DNA of 64,000 nt from Myxococcota bacterium (GCA_041611735.1 JBFIML010000008.1:32001-96000); one strand, 5' to 3'. Counted from the first letter of the stretch, positions 19,881-29,871 are shown. Notes: generated by a model from the letters alone, not told the origin. Numbers and translations are program-made.

Positions 19881-20474
19881 ACGGCCTACCGCCGCAAGGA
19901 CGCCCTCCACCAGCGCGCCAAGCGCGAGGGCTACCGGTCGCGAGCCGCCTACAAGCTGCTCGAACTCCAGCGCGCCCACGGGCTGCTACGCCCCGGCCAG
20001 CGGGTGGTGGACCTCGGCTGCTGGCCCGGGGGCTGGCTGCAGGTGGCGGCGCGGAGGGTGGGGCCGGCGGGGCGGGTGGTCGGGGTGGACGTGGCGGAGG
20101 TGGAGCCCCTCGAGGGGTTTGCGAACGTGTTCCTGATCCAGGCGGACCTCACCGAGCCAGCGGTGGTCGAGGGAATTCTCGAGCTCCTCGGGGGCCCTGC
20201 GGACGTGTTCCTGTGCGATGCCGCTCCCAAGCTGACGGGCGTGCGGGCCACCGACCGCGCCCGGGAGGAGGCGCTGCTGCAGGCGGTGGAGGCCCTGGTG
20301 CCGCGCCTGCTGCGGCCTCGGGGGGACCTCGTACTCAAGCTGCTGGACGCTCCGGAGGCCGAGGCGGTGGCGTCGCGGCTGCGGCCCCGCTTCGCCCACG
20401 CCCGCGTCACGCGCCTGGCCGCCACCCGTCGCGGAAGCAGCGAGCGGTATCTGATAGGCCGGGGACGTTCTTGA
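19881..20474 (+). CDS. rlmE: 23S rRNA Um2552 methyltransferase RlmE/FtsJ (start uncertain; ACG at 19881)
   Basis: In frame with ORF 20004..20474: AYRRKDALHQRAKREGYRSRAAYKL..VVDLGCWPGGW..DAAPKLTG..SSERY. Confidence 0.85.
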   Translation, partial: TAYRRKDALHQRAKREGYRSRAAYKLLELQRAHGLLRPGQRVVDLGCWPGGWLQVAARRVGPAGRVVGVDVAEVEPLEGFANVFLIQADLTEPAVVEGILELLGGPADVFLCDAAPKLTGVRATDRAREEALLQAVEALVPRLLRPRGDLVLKLLDAPEAEAVASRLRPRFAHARVTRLAATRRGSSERYLIGRGRS

Positions 20475-20536
20475 CGAAGCGACTTTCTCCCTCGGCGACC
20501 CGGCCGGGAAGAAGCGGATCAGTCAAGAACCTCCCC
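20461..20536. repeat. Inverted-repeat (MITE/REPIN-like) element, copy 1
   Basis: GGGGACGTTCTTGACGAAGCGACTTT..GAAGCGGATCAGTCAAGAACCTCCCC; contains the stops of rlmE and rimO. Confidence 0.8.
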
Positions 20537-21886
20537 CTCCAGGTCGACGCCGCGGACGGCGGTGAGGCGGGCCCGGCGCAGGTCGCCCGGCCGCGCCGAG
20601 CCGCGCACCCGCACGTGCCCGTCGATCTCCGGCGCCTGGGAGGGAAGCCGGCCGCGAGCGATCCCGTTGCCGCCGGCATCGATCAGGAGCGTCTGCTCGC
20701 TTCCCACCAGGACCTCGAGCTTCTGGCGCAGGATCTCGCCCTGGACCGCCAGCAGCCGGCGATGACGCTCCCGGGCCACCCGGACCGGGACCTTGCCCGG
20801 GAGCTGGAAGGCCGCCGTCCCCTCCTCGTCCGAGTAGCGGAAGAAGCCGACGCGGTCGAAGCGCAGCTCGCGGACGAAGTCGAGCAGCTCCTCGAAGTCC
20901 GACGCCGTCTCGCCCGGAAAGCCCACGATGAAGGTGGTGCGGAGCGTGACGTCGGGAATGGCCGCGCGCAGCCGCTCCACCAGCCGCCGCTGGCGGTGCT
21001 GGGTGGTGCCCCGTCGCATGGCGCGTAGCACGCGGTCGCTCGCGTGCTGCAGGGGCACGTCCACGTAGGGAAGGACCCGCCGCGCTCCCGCCACGGCCTC
21101 GATCAGCTCGTCACCGACGGCGCTCGGGTATAGGTAGAGCAGGCGGATCCAGTCGAGGCCCTCCACGGCGTCGAGGGCCCGCACCAGGTCGACGAGCCTG
21201 GGGCGCGCCGTCCCGGTCGCCGGCAGGTCCTTGCCCCACGAGGTCGAATCCTGGGCCACCAGGTTGAGCTCCCGCACGCCGAGGGCGGCCAGCTGCCGGG
21301 CCTCCGCCAGGACCGACTCGAGCGTGCGGCTCTGGAAGCGCCCGCGGATGCCCGGGATCGCGCAGAAGGCGCAGATCCGGTCGCAGCCCTCGGCGATCTT
21401 CAGGTAGGCGCTGTGAGCGGGCCCGGTCAGGATGCGCGGGTCGTGCTCGTCGTAAAGGTGGGTCCGGCCGGCCTCCACGTACACGCCACGCCCCCGACCC
21501 GCCAGGGCGTCGTCCAGGATGCGCGGCAGGTTCGGGAACTCCCCGGTGCCGACGAAGGCGTCCACCTCCGGGAGCTCCCGGGCCAGCTCGGCGCCGTAGC
21601 GTTGGGGCAGACAGCCCGTCACCACCAGCGCCCGCAGGCTCCCGCGCTCGCGCAGCTCCGCCACCTCGAGGATGGCCTGGATCGATTCCTCGCGAGCCGC
21701 CGCGATGAACGAGCAGGTGTTGACCACGGCCACGTCGGCGTCCTCGAGGCGCTCCGCCAGGACGTAGCCGGCCACGGCCAGGCGCCCGAGCATGACCTCG
21801 GTGTCGAGCTGGTTCTTCGGGCAGCCGAGCGAGCGGAAGTGAACCCGCGCCCCGGCGGCGAGGGCCACGGCGGACGACGACGCCAT
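20519..21886 (-). CDS. rimO: Ribosomal protein S12 methylthiotransferase
   Basis: [39 protein letters not shown] domain. Confidence 0.95.
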   Translation of the reverse strand: MASSSAVALAAGARVHFRSLGCPKNQLDTEVMLGRLAVAGYVLAERLEDADVAVVNTCSFIAAAREESIQAILEVAELRERGSLRALVVTGCLPQRYGAELARELPEVDAFVGTGEFPNLPRILDDALAGRGRGVYVEAGRTHLYDEHDPRILTGPAHSAYLKIAEGCDRICAFCAIPGIRGRFQSRTLESVLAEARQLAALGVRELNLVAQDSTSWGKDLPATGTARPRLVDLVRALDAVEGLDWIRLLYLYPSAVGDELIEAVAGARRVLPYVDVPLQHASDRVLRAMRRGTTQHRQRRLVERLRAAIPDVTLRTTFIVGFPGETASDFEELLDFVRELRFDRVGFFRYSDEEGTAAFQLPGKVPVRVARERHRRLLAVQGEILRQKLEVLVGSEQTLLIDAGGNGIARGRLPSQAPEIDGHVRVRGSARPGDLRRARLTAVRGVDLEGEVLD

Positions 21887-21966
21887 GGCGACGCAGGGTA
21901 GCAGGGGGTCGCCGGGGCCCGGGGCCTCGCATACCCTCGCCACCCGCTCCACCGGGAGATGACGCC

Positions 21967-22461
21967 GTGTCCGAACGCCCGTTCCGTGTGCTCGGAGTGC
22001 AGCAGATCGCCGTCGGCGCCCGGGACAAGGCCGCCCTGCGCCGGCTGTGGATCGACCTGCTCGGCCTCACGCCGGAGGGCTCGTTCCGGAGCGAGACGGA
22101 GAACGTGGACGAGGACATCGCCGTGGCGGGCGCCGGGGCCCTGCGCGTCGAGGTGGATCTGATGCAGCCCATCGACCCGGAGAAGCGACCGCGCGTACAC
22201 GAGCCACCGCTCAACCACGTGGGGCTGTGGGTGGACGACCTGCCGGCGGCCGTCGCGTGGCTGGGGGAGCGGGGGGTCCGCTTCACCCCGGGCGGCATCC
22301 GCAAGGGCGCGGCGGGCCACCCGGTCTGCTTCATCCATCCCAAGGGGAGCGAGTCCGAGCCCGTGGGGGGCGAGGGGGTGCTGATCGAGCTGGTGCAGGC
22401 GCCCCCCGAGGTGATCGCCGCGGTCCGGGCGGCGTCCGGCCCGGGGCCCGCGAGGCCCTGA
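21967..22461 (+). CDS. VOC/glyoxalase family protein (methylmalonyl-CoA epimerase-like)
   Basis: [39 protein letters not shown]. Confidence 0.8.
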   Translation: MSERPFRVLGVQQIAVGARDKAALRRLWIDLLGLTPEGSFRSETENVDEDIAVAGAGALRVEVDLMQPIDPEKRPRVHEPPLNHVGLWVDDLPAAVAWLGERGVRFTPGGIRKGAAGHPVCFIHPKGSESEPVGGEGVLIELVQAPPEVIAAVRAASGPGPARP

Positions 22462-22492
22462 ACGGCCTCGAATCGGAATGCTTTCCACTCCT

Positions 22493-22519
22493 GCGGGGCA
22501 GGGGCTTCCCCTGCCCCGC
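22493..22519. terminator. GC-rich hairpin after the VOC gene (possible terminator)
   Basis: GCGGGGCAGGG-GCTTC-CCCTGCCCCGC; no U-tract. Confidence 0.45.
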
Positions 22520-22643
22520 GCGCCCGCGCTAGCATGGAAACCTGAAACCCTCGGGGCAGGTTTACGTCCAATCTGCAAAGCCGTGGAGTGCCCCGACCCT
22601 GGCTCCCCCCCCACACGGGGCCGGACTGGAGGAGACATCCGTG

Positions 22644-23954
22644 ATGCATGCGCGCCCGCGCCGAATTCTCGCCTGGATCGCCGCCGCCGTGCTCGCCGCA
22701 CCGGCGGCCGTCGCTCAGGAGGACACCGGAGTCGCCCCGCCCTTCAAGGAAGGCGACATCATCACCTTCGACAAGCTCGAGAAGATCCGGCCCTATCTGC
22801 CGCCGGAGTTCTGGGCGAACCGGGACTTCTTCTTCTACGAGGGCATGAAGATGGAGATCGGGCCCTCGAACCGGGACTACTCCCCGGCTGCGGAGTTCAA
22901 GGAGGCCACGGCCCAGTTCAAGGGCCAATCCAAGATCGGCCCCGACCAGAGTCTCCAGGGCTACACCGCCGGCACGCCCTTCCCCATGGAGAGCATCGAC
23001 TGCAAGGGCGACCCGCAGGCCGGCACCAAGATCATGTGGAACCACGACTACCAGTGGACCGGCGACGGCGCCGACGCCCGCTACTACTACTCCTACTGGG
23101 ACCGTGGCGAGGAGCTGCCGCTCTACTACCAGGGCACCTCGAAGACCATCCAGCTCGCCAACCGGGTCGAGAAGGAGTACCTGGAGAAGAGCGAGGGCGA
23201 CATGTTCCGCGGCGAGAAGCGGAAGTTCGCCTTCGGCATCGAGGTGGAGGCACCCTTCGACGCGCGCGGCATCATGCTGCTCACGTATCGCTACAAGTCC
23301 TCGGACATGGCGCGCGCCCAGGCCAAGAACGACGACACCTGGGTCTACGTGCCCACCCTGCGCCGCGTGCGCCGCATCTCGACGGCGCAGCGCACCGACG
23401 CGGTGGCCGGCACGGACTTCACGTTCGACGACCTGCGCAGCTTCTCCGGCATCGTGCCCCAGTACGAGTGGAGCTGTCTCGGCGAGATGGACATCATGGC
23501 CCCCATGAACACCAAGGTGAAGGCCTATCCGGAGAGCAAGGACCACAACTTTGGTCCCTACGGTCTGTCGTATGCCGATGATCGCTGGGAGGTGCGGCGC
23601 GTGGTGAAGGTGCGCATGAAGCCCAAGAACCAGGACCACCCCTATCACCACAAGGACATCTACATCGACAAGGAAGCGATCACGGCGCTCTACTCCTTCG
23701 CCTACGACCAGAAGGAAGAGCTCTGGAAGATCATCTGGCACAACCACCGCTGGAGCGGCGATGGCACCTGGTACAAGGGCTGGGACGGCATCTCGGATCC
23801 GCGCGACCTGCGCATCATCTCCGACATGATCGTGAACGTGCAGACCGGCACCGGCAACCGGATCGAGTTCTGGGACAGCCACGGCAGCCCGTTCGCGAGC
23901 AAGGGCAAGGTGCGGCGCTACATCGACGTGGGCCGCCTCACCAAGGGCCGCTAG
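22644..23954 (+). CDS. DUF1329 family exported protein (LolA-like fold)
   Basis: Signal peptide; GTPFP, KIMWN, DDTWVYVPTLRRVRRIS, WEVRRV; RBS GGAGGAG. Confidence 0.85.
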   Translation: MHARPRRILAWIAAAVLAAPAAVAQEDTGVAPPFKEGDIITFDKLEKIRPYLPPEFWANRDFFFYEGMKMEIGPSNRDYSPAAEFKEATAQFKGQSKIGPDQSLQGYTAGTPFPMESIDCKGDPQAGTKIMWNHDYQWTGDGADARYYYSYWDRGEELPLYYQGTSKTIQLANRVEKEYLEKSEGDMFRGEKRKFAFGIEVEAPFDARGIMLLTYRYKSSDMARAQAKNDDTWVYVPTLRRVRRISTAQRTDAVAGTDFTFDDLRSFSGIVPQYEWSCLGEMDIMAPMNTKVKAYPESKDHNFGPYGLSYADDRWEVRRVVKVRMKPKNQDHPYHHKDIYIDKEAITALYSFAYDQKEELWKIIWHNHRWSGDGTWYKGWDGISDPRDLRIISDMIVNVQTGTGNRIEFWDSHGSPFASKGKVRRYIDVGRLTKGR

Positions 23955-23975
23955 CCCCGACGGGCACGCGACACG

Positions 23976-24006
23976 CGGGGCCGGGACGCCAGGCGTCCCG
24001 GCCCCG
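23976..24006 (+). terminator. Hairpin / probable terminator after DUF1329 gene
   Basis: CGGGGCCGGGACGCC-A-GGCGTCCCGGCCCCG followed by TCTGCGTT. Confidence 0.6.
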
Positions 24007-24082
24007 TCTGCGTTCCGGGAGGGGTTGCGTCGGGCATCCGGGGCTGCTGTGCTCGGGGGTCCGAACCCGCCCAGGAGGGCGC

Positions 24083-25237
24083 ATGCCCGACACGGTCGAG
24101 CCCTATCGGATCCAGGTCCCCGACGCCGTTCTGGAAGACCTGAGCCAGCGCCTGGCGCGCACGCGCTTCCCCGACCAGCTCGAGGGCGCTGGCTGGGACT
24201 ACGGCACCGAGCTCGGCTATCTGCGCGAGCTGATCCAGTACTGGCGCGAGAAGTTCGACTGGCGGGCCCGCGAGGCCCGGCTCAACCGCCTTCCTCACTT
24301 CCGTACGGCGATCGACGGGCGCAAGCTCCACTTCATCCACGCCCGCTCGCCCCGGCCGGATGCCGTGCCGCTGCTCATGCTCCACGGCTGGCCAGGATCC
24401 GTCTGCGTGTTCGACAAGGTGATCGAGCCCCTGGCCGACCCGGCAGCGCACGGCGGGCGCGCCGAGCCGGCCTTCCACGTGGTGGTGCCCTCGCTGCCCG
24501 GCTATGGCTTCTCGGATCCGCCGCGGGAGCGGGGCTTCGACGTGCGGAGCGTGGCGGAGACCCTGGCGAAGCTCATGGCCCGCCTGGGCTACGACCGCTA
24601 CGGGGTCCAGGGCGGCGACTGGGGCGCCATGATCGCCTCCCACCTGGGTCTCGTGGATGCGGAGCACCTGCGCGGTATCCACCTGAACTTCGTGGTCGCC
24701 CTGCCGCCCCCCGGCGGCGATCCCCTGCAAGGCCTCACCGATGCCGAGAAGGCCGCCTTCGCGGACATGCTGCGCTTCCAGCAGGAGGAGACCGGCTACT
24801 CGAGCATCCAGGGCACCAAGCCCCAGAGCCTCGGCTACGGGCTCAACGACTCGCCGGCCGGCCTGGCGGCGTGGATCGTGGAGAAGTTCCGGACCTGGAG
24901 CGACTGCGAGGGCGACGTGGAGCGCCGCTTCAGCAAGGACGAGCTGCTCACCAACATCACGATCTACTGGGTGACCCAGAGCATCACCGCCTCCACGCGG
25001 CTCTACTACGAGACCATGAAGGCCGGGCGCTGGGGGCCGGTTCCCGAGCGCGTGGAGGTGCCGACCGGCTGCGCGATCTTCCCGCGGGAGATCCTGCGCC
25101 CGCCGCGGCCCTGGGCCGAGCGCCTCTACAACGTGGTCCACTGGACCGAGATGCCGTCCGGCGGGCACTTCGCCGCCCTGGAGGAGCCCGAGCGCCTGGT
25201 GGCGGACGTGCGCGCCTTTGCCCGGAAGCTCCCCTGA
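24083..25237 (+). CDS. Epoxide hydrolase (EHN domain plus alpha/beta hydrolase)
   Basis: HGWPGS, PSLPGYGFS, QGGDWG, GGHFAALEEP. Confidence 0.93.
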   Translation: MPDTVEPYRIQVPDAVLEDLSQRLARTRFPDQLEGAGWDYGTELGYLRELIQYWREKFDWRAREARLNRLPHFRTAIDGRKLHFIHARSPRPDAVPLLMLHGWPGSVCVFDKVIEPLADPAAHGGRAEPAFHVVVPSLPGYGFSDPPRERGFDVRSVAETLAKLMARLGYDRYGVQGGDWGAMIASHLGLVDAEHLRGIHLNFVVALPPPGGDPLQGLTDAEKAAFADMLRFQQEETGYSSIQGTKPQSLGYGLNDSPAGLAAWIVEKFRTWSDCEGDVERRFSKDELLTNITIYWVTQSITASTRLYYETMKAGRWGPVPERVEVPTGCAIFPREILRPPRPWAERLYNVVHWTEMPSGGHFAALEEPERLVADVRAFARKLP

Positions 25238-25288
25238 GCGCTTCGATGGAGATCGCTGGCCCCGGCGCCCGGTCGCTATGCTCCGGAC

Positions 25289-25981
25289 ATGGGAAGGGGC
25301 GGTGCCATTCGTCGCTGGGCCGTGCGGATCGCGATCGCACTCACGATCGTCGGGCTCGCCGTCTTCGCCAACGCCTCGCAGCTCCTCCAGCGGGCACTGG
25401 AGACCCTGGAAGGCCTCGGGCCGGCGGCGCCCGCCCTGTTCCTGGCGCTCTACGTCGCCACCTGCGTCCTCTTCGTGCCGTCCTTCGTGTTCACCTTTGC
25501 GGCGGGCGCTCTCTTCGGTCTCCCGCTCGGCGTGGCGCTGAGCCTGCTCGGCACGGGGCTCGGGTCCGTGGCGGCCTTCGCCGTCGGACGCCACCTGGCT
25601 CGCGACGCGGTGACGCGCGCCTTCGCGGAGAATCGCCAGTTCCAGGCCCTGGCCGGCGCGGTGGCGCGCCGCGGCTGGAAGATCGTGGCCCTGGCGCGCC
25701 TCTCGCCGGTCTTCCCGTTCCTGGTCGGAAACTACGCCTTCGGCGTGACGGGCATCCCGGCGCGCCACTACTTCGTGGCCTCGGTGCTGGGGACGATCCC
25801 CTCCGCCACCGTCTACGTCTACGTGGGCACCCTGGCCGGCGACCTGGCGGCGGCCTCGGAGCGGGGCCGCACGCCCCTCGAATGGGCCCTGTTCCTGGCC
25901 GGGCTCGCTGCCACCGTGATCCTCACCCTCTACGTACGGCGCGTGGCGCGGGTCGCCCTGGAGCGGGAAGTTCCCTCCTGA
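25289..25981 (+). CDS. TVP38/TMEM64 (DedA superfamily) membrane protein
   Basis: Several TM helices; RLSPVFPF..NYAFG. Confidence 0.88.
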   Translation: MGRGGAIRRWAVRIAIALTIVGLAVFANASQLLQRALETLEGLGPAAPALFLALYVATCVLFVPSFVFTFAAGALFGLPLGVALSLLGTGLGSVAAFAVGRHLARDAVTRAFAENRQFQALAGAVARRGWKIVALARLSPVFPFLVGNYAFGVTGIPARHYFVASVLGTIPSATVYVYVGTLAGDLAAASERGRTPLEWALFLAGLAATVILTLYVRRVARVALEREVPS

Positions 25982-25998
25982 CTCCCGCCCCGGCGGCG

Positions 25999-26028
25999 TG
26001 GACAACGAGATTGAAACATGTTCTAATC
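25999..26028 (+). promoter_or_regulatory. Sigma70-like promoter overlapped by KstR-type operator 1
   Basis: TGGACA-17 bp-TCTAAT; operator TGAAACATGTTCTA (26012-26025) matches TnnAACnnGTTnnA. Confidence 0.8.
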
Positions 26029-26036
26029 GTGGCCCC

Positions 26037-26699
26037 ATGGGCGCGCGCACCCGTTCCGAGGCGGCGGCGGGCGGAGCCGGGTTGCCGGAGCTGCCCGGGG
26101 CACGCCTCGCCGCCAACCAGCTGCGGCGCATGCGGCGCGTGGTCGACGCGGCGGTGCGGCTGGCCGAGAAGGGCGGCTTCGAAGGGGTGCGCCTGCGCGA
26201 CGTGGCGGAGCACTCGGGCGTCGCCCTCGGCACGCTCTACAAGTACTTCCACAGCAAGGAGGACATCCTCCTCTTCGCGCTGAACGAGGAGCTCGAGCGC
26301 GTCGAGCAGGCCCTGGCCGAGCGCCCGGCCTCGGGCCGCACTCCCCTCGCGCGGGTCACCGACTTCTTCCGCCGCGCCACCGAGGCCTTCCTCGGCAATC
26401 CGCAGCTCGGCCGCGCCGTGCTGCGTGCCATGGCGGGCGGCGACGCGGAGACGGCGGTGCGCATCGCCGGGGCCCAGCTGCGGGTGGCACGCCTGGTGGT
26501 GGCGGCCCTGCACGGGGAGACGCCGGACCTCGCGGCCGCTCGGGAGGCCGAGCTCGGCGACGAGCGCGAGCGCCGCATTGCCCTCACGCTCCAGTACGTG
26601 TGGTTCGCGGCGCTGGTCGGCTGGTCCGTGGGCATCCACCCCGAGTCGGCCGTGATCCACCACGTGCGCACGGCGGCGGAGCTGATCCTGAAACGGTGA
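26037..26699 (+). CDS. kstR: KstR-like TetR regulator
   Basis: KGGFEGVRLRDVAEHSGVALGTLYKYFHSK; C-domain GRTPLARV..NPQL..VWFAALVGW resembles mycobacterial KstR; adjacent operator. Confidence 0.75.
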   Translation: MGARTRSEAAAGGAGLPELPGARLAANQLRRMRRVVDAAVRLAEKGGFEGVRLRDVAEHSGVALGTLYKYFHSKEDILLFALNEELERVEQALAERPASGRTPLARVTDFFRRATEAFLGNPQLGRAVLRAMAGGDAETAVRIAGAQLRVARLVVAALHGETPDLAAAREAELGDERERRIALTLQYVWFAALVGWSVGIHPESAVIHHVRTAAELILKR

Positions 26700-26703
26700 C
26701 CCG

Positions 26704-27165
26704 ATGAAGCTGCCGATCCGAGACGTCGACGGCTTCCTGTCCGCGCCCCACGTGCTCGAGTACCGCTACCGGCGCTCGGTGGGGCCGCTGCTGGGCCGCT
26801 TCTTCGCGGGCCTGCGCGACCGGCAGCTGCTCGGCGTGCGGACTCCCGCCGGCCGCGTGCTGGTGCCGCCAACGGAGTACGATCCGGAGACCGGCGACGC
26901 CCTGGAGGAGCTCGTGCCCGTCGGGCCGGGCGGGGTCGTGACGACGTGGGCCTGGGTGGCCCGCCCGCGCCCCAAGCAGCCACTCCCCCATCCCTTCGCC
27001 TGGGCCCTGGTGCGGCCCGACGGGGCGGACACCGCCCTGCTGCACGCCGTGGACGCCGGTGGCCAGGCCCGCATGCACACGGGAATGCGCGTGCGGCCGC
27101 GCTGGCGCGAGGAGCGGGGGGGAGGCATCGGCGACCTGGTCTGCTTCGAGCCGGAGGACGCATGA
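26704..27165 (+). CDS. DUF35/OB-fold acyl-CoA-binding protein (like N-half of Rv3521)
   Basis: YRRSVGPLLGRF..VPPTEYDPETG..GADTALLHAV. Confidence 0.8.
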   Translation: MKLPIRDVDGFLSAPHVLEYRYRRSVGPLLGRFFAGLRDRQLLGVRTPAGRVLVPPTEYDPETGDALEELVPVGPGGVVTTWAWVARPRPKQPLPHPFAWALVRPDGADTALLHAVDAGGQARMHTGMRVRPRWREERGGGIGDLVCFEPEDA

Positions 27166-27650
27166 GCGAGCCCGTAAAGCGCCTCGAGATCCCGGTTCGG
27201 CTGGAGTACGACTACAGCGCCGGCCGGGCCACGTCCCGCTTCCTGCGCGGCATCGCCGAGGGGCGCATCTTGGGCCAGCGTTGCCCCAGCTGCCGCAAGG
27301 TCTACGTACCTGCGCGCGGGGCCTGCCCCTGCTGCACCGTCCCCACCGAAGAGGAGGTGCAGGTCTCGGACCGCGGCACCGTCACCACCTTCAGCATCGT
27401 GCGCGTCCCCTCGGAGAACCTCTCCGTCCCGCTTCCCTTCGCCTGCGCCCACGTCCTCCTGGACGGCGCGGACATTCCCTTCTATGGCGTGATCCAGGAG
27501 TGTCCGCTCGAGCAGGTGCGGATGGGCATGCGCGTCCAGGCGGTCTGGAAGCCCAGCGAGGAGCTCGGGCCCACCCTCGAGAGCATCCGTCACTTCCGGC
27601 CCGTCGACGAGCCGGACGCGCCCTTCGAGTCCTACCGGGAGCATCTGTGA
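27162..27650 (+). CDS. Zn-ribbon DUF35/OB-fold protein (like C-half of Rv3521)
   Basis: CPSCRKVYVPARGACPCC, LLDGADIPF, GMRVQAVW. Confidence 0.85.
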   Translation: MSEPVKRLEIPVRLEYDYSAGRATSRFLRGIAEGRILGQRCPSCRKVYVPARGACPCCTVPTEEEVQVSDRGTVTTFSIVRVPSENLSVPLPFACAHVLLDGADIPFYGVIQECPLEQVRMGMRVQAVWKPSEELGPTLESIRHFRPVDEPDAPFESYREHL

Positions 27651-28708
27651 TGCGCGAGGTCGCGGTCGTCGCCTTCGCCCAGGCGCCGAGTGTGCGTCGC
27701 GAGACGCGACGCAACGAGGTGGAGATCCTCCAGCCGGTGGTGCAGGAGGTGCTCGAGCGTGCGGAGCTCGCCCGCGACCAGATCGACTTCACCTGCTCGG
27801 GCAGCAGCGACTACCTGCAGGGCCAGCCCTTCTCCTTCGTGGGCGCCCTCGACGCGGTGGGCGCCTGGCCGCCCATCGTCGAGTCGCACGTGGAGATGGA
27901 CGGCGCCTGGGCGCTGTACGAGGCGTGGGTCAAGCTCCAGACCGGCGAGGCGGACACGGCCCTCGTCTACGCCTTCGGCAAGTCCTCCGCCGGCGACGTG
28001 GCCGAGGTGCTGGCGCTCCAGCTGGACCCCTACTGCGTGGCTCCGCTGTGGCCCGACGCGGTGAGCCTCGCCGCGCTCCAGGCCCGCGCCTGGCTCGAGC
28101 GCAGCGGGCGCAGCGAGCGCGACCTGGCAGCGGTCGCCGCCCGCAGCCGGCGCGACGCCCTCCGCAACCCGAACGCCCAGGTGGCCGGGGACTTCGAGGT
28201 GGAGAAGCTGCTGGCGGAGCCGTACCTGGTCGCCCCGCTCCGCAAGCACGACTGCCCGCCCATTTCGGACGGCGCGGCGGCCGTGGTGCTGGCGGCCGAC
28301 GAGCGGGCGCGTCGCCTGCACCGCCGCCCCGCCTGGATCCGCGGCATCGACCACCGCATCGATCCCCAGGCGCTCGGCTTGCGCGACCTCACCCGTTCCG
28401 CGTCGGCGGCGTTCGCCGCCGGGAAGGCCGGCGTGGCCGACCGCCCCGTGGAAGTGGCGGAGCTGCATGCCCCCTTCACCCATCAGGAGTGGATCCTGCG
28501 CGAGGCCCTGGGCCTCGGCGAGGACGTGCGGGTGAACCCTTCCGGCGGCGCGTTGGCGGCGAACCCGATCATGGTGGCGGGTCTGCTCCGCATGGGCGAG
28601 GCGGCGCAGCGGCTGCTCGACGGGGAGGCGACCCGGGCCGTGGCCCATGCCACCTCGGGGCCTTGCCTGCAGCAGAACCTGGTCTGCGTGCTGGAGGCGA
28701 GCTCGTGA
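27650..28708 (+). CDS. ltp4: Thiolase-like steroid aldolase Ltp4
   Basis: CSGSSDYL..ESHVEMDGAWALYEAW..HATSGPCLQQNLV. Confidence 0.85.
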   Translation: MREVAVVAFAQAPSVRRETRRNEVEILQPVVQEVLERAELARDQIDFTCSGSSDYLQGQPFSFVGALDAVGAWPPIVESHVEMDGAWALYEAWVKLQTGEADTALVYAFGKSSAGDVAEVLALQLDPYCVAPLWPDAVSLAALQARAWLERSGRSERDLAAVAARSRRDALRNPNAQVAGDFEVEKLLAEPYLVAPLRKHDCPPISDGAAAVVLAADERARRLHRRPAWIRGIDHRIDPQALGLRDLTRSASAAFAAGKAGVADRPVEVAELHAPFTHQEWILREALGLGEDVRVNPSGGALAANPIMVAGLLRMGEAAQRLLDGEATRAVAHATSGPCLQQNLVCVLEASS

Positions 28709-29862
28709 GCCGTCCCTGCGCCGTCATCGGCATCGGGCAGACCCACCACGCCGCCCAGCGCACGGACCTGTCCCTGCCGGGACTGCTGCGCGAGGCCGCC
28801 CTGCGCGCCCTGGCGGACGCCGAGCTCTCCTGGGGCGACATGGACGCGGTCGTGATCGGCAAGGCCCCGGACATGTTCGAGGGCGTGATGATGCCCGAGC
28901 TGATTCTCGCCGAGGCCCTGGGCGCCGCGGGCAAGCCCGCCCTCCGCGTGCACACGGCGGGGAGCGTCGGAGGGTCCACGGCGATCGTGGCCGCCAGCCT
29001 GATCCAGGCGGGCGTGCACGAGCGCGTCCTCACGGTGGCCTTCGAGAAGCAGAGCGAGAGCAACGCCATGTGGGCGCTCACGATCCGGACACCGCTGCAG
29101 CCGGCCCTGGTGGCCGGGGCGGGCGGCTACTTCTCGCCCCTGATCCGCGCCTACATGCGCCGCTCCGGGGCTCCCGAGGACACGGGGATCCGGGTGGCCC
29201 TGAAGGACCGCCTCAACGCCATGAAGAACCCCTACGCGCACCTGCGCGACCCGGACATCTGCTACCAGACCGTGGCCAGCTCCCCGATGCTGTGGGATCC
29301 GATCCGCTTCCACGAGACCTGCCCGTCGTCGGACGGAGCCTGCGCCCTGGTGCTGGCCAGCCCCGACGCCGCCCGCCGCACCCCGCGGCCGCCTGCCTGG
29401 GTGCGGGCCACGGCCATGCGCAGCGAGCCCACCATGTTCGCGGGCCGCGACCAGGTGAACCCGCGCGCCGGGCGCGATTGCGCGGCGGATCTCTACCGCA
29501 AGGCGGGCATCCGCGACCCGCGGCGCGAGATCGACGTGGCGGAGATCTACGTGCCCTTCAGCTGGTTCGAGCCCATGTGGCTCGAGAACCTGGGCCTCGC
29601 GCCGGAGAACCAGGGCTGGCGGCCGGTGCTGGACGGCGTCACCGCCCTGGAGGGCGAGCTGCCCGTGAACCCCTCCGGCGGCGTCCTCGCCAGCAACCCG
29701 ATCGGGGCGTCGGGCATGCTGCGCTTCGCGGAGGCCGCGCTCCAGGTGCGCGGACAGGCCGGCGAGCACCAGGTGGACGGCGCCCGACTGGCGCTCGGCC
29801 ATGCGTACGGCGGCGGCTCCCAGTTCTTCGCCACGTGGATCGTCGCCGCGGAGCCCTCCTAG
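28705..29862 (+). CDS. ltp3: Thiolase-like steroid aldolase Ltp3
   Basis: GKAPDMFEGVMMPEL..RVHTAGSVGGSTA..GHAYGGGSQFF. Confidence 0.85.
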   Translation: MSRPCAVIGIGQTHHAAQRTDLSLPGLLREAALRALADAELSWGDMDAVVIGKAPDMFEGVMMPELILAEALGAAGKPALRVHTAGSVGGSTAIVAASLIQAGVHERVLTVAFEKQSESNAMWALTIRTPLQPALVAGAGGYFSPLIRAYMRRSGAPEDTGIRVALKDRLNAMKNPYAHLRDPDICYQTVASSPMLWDPIRFHETCPSSDGACALVLASPDAARRTPRPPAWVRATAMRSEPTMFAGRDQVNPRAGRDCAADLYRKAGIRDPRREIDVAEIYVPFSWFEPMWLENLGLAPENQGWRPVLDGVTALEGELPVNPSGGVLASNPIGASGMLRFAEAALQVRGQAGEHQVDGARLALGHAYGGGSQFFATWIVAAEPS

Positions 29863-29871
29863 GACGCGCCC

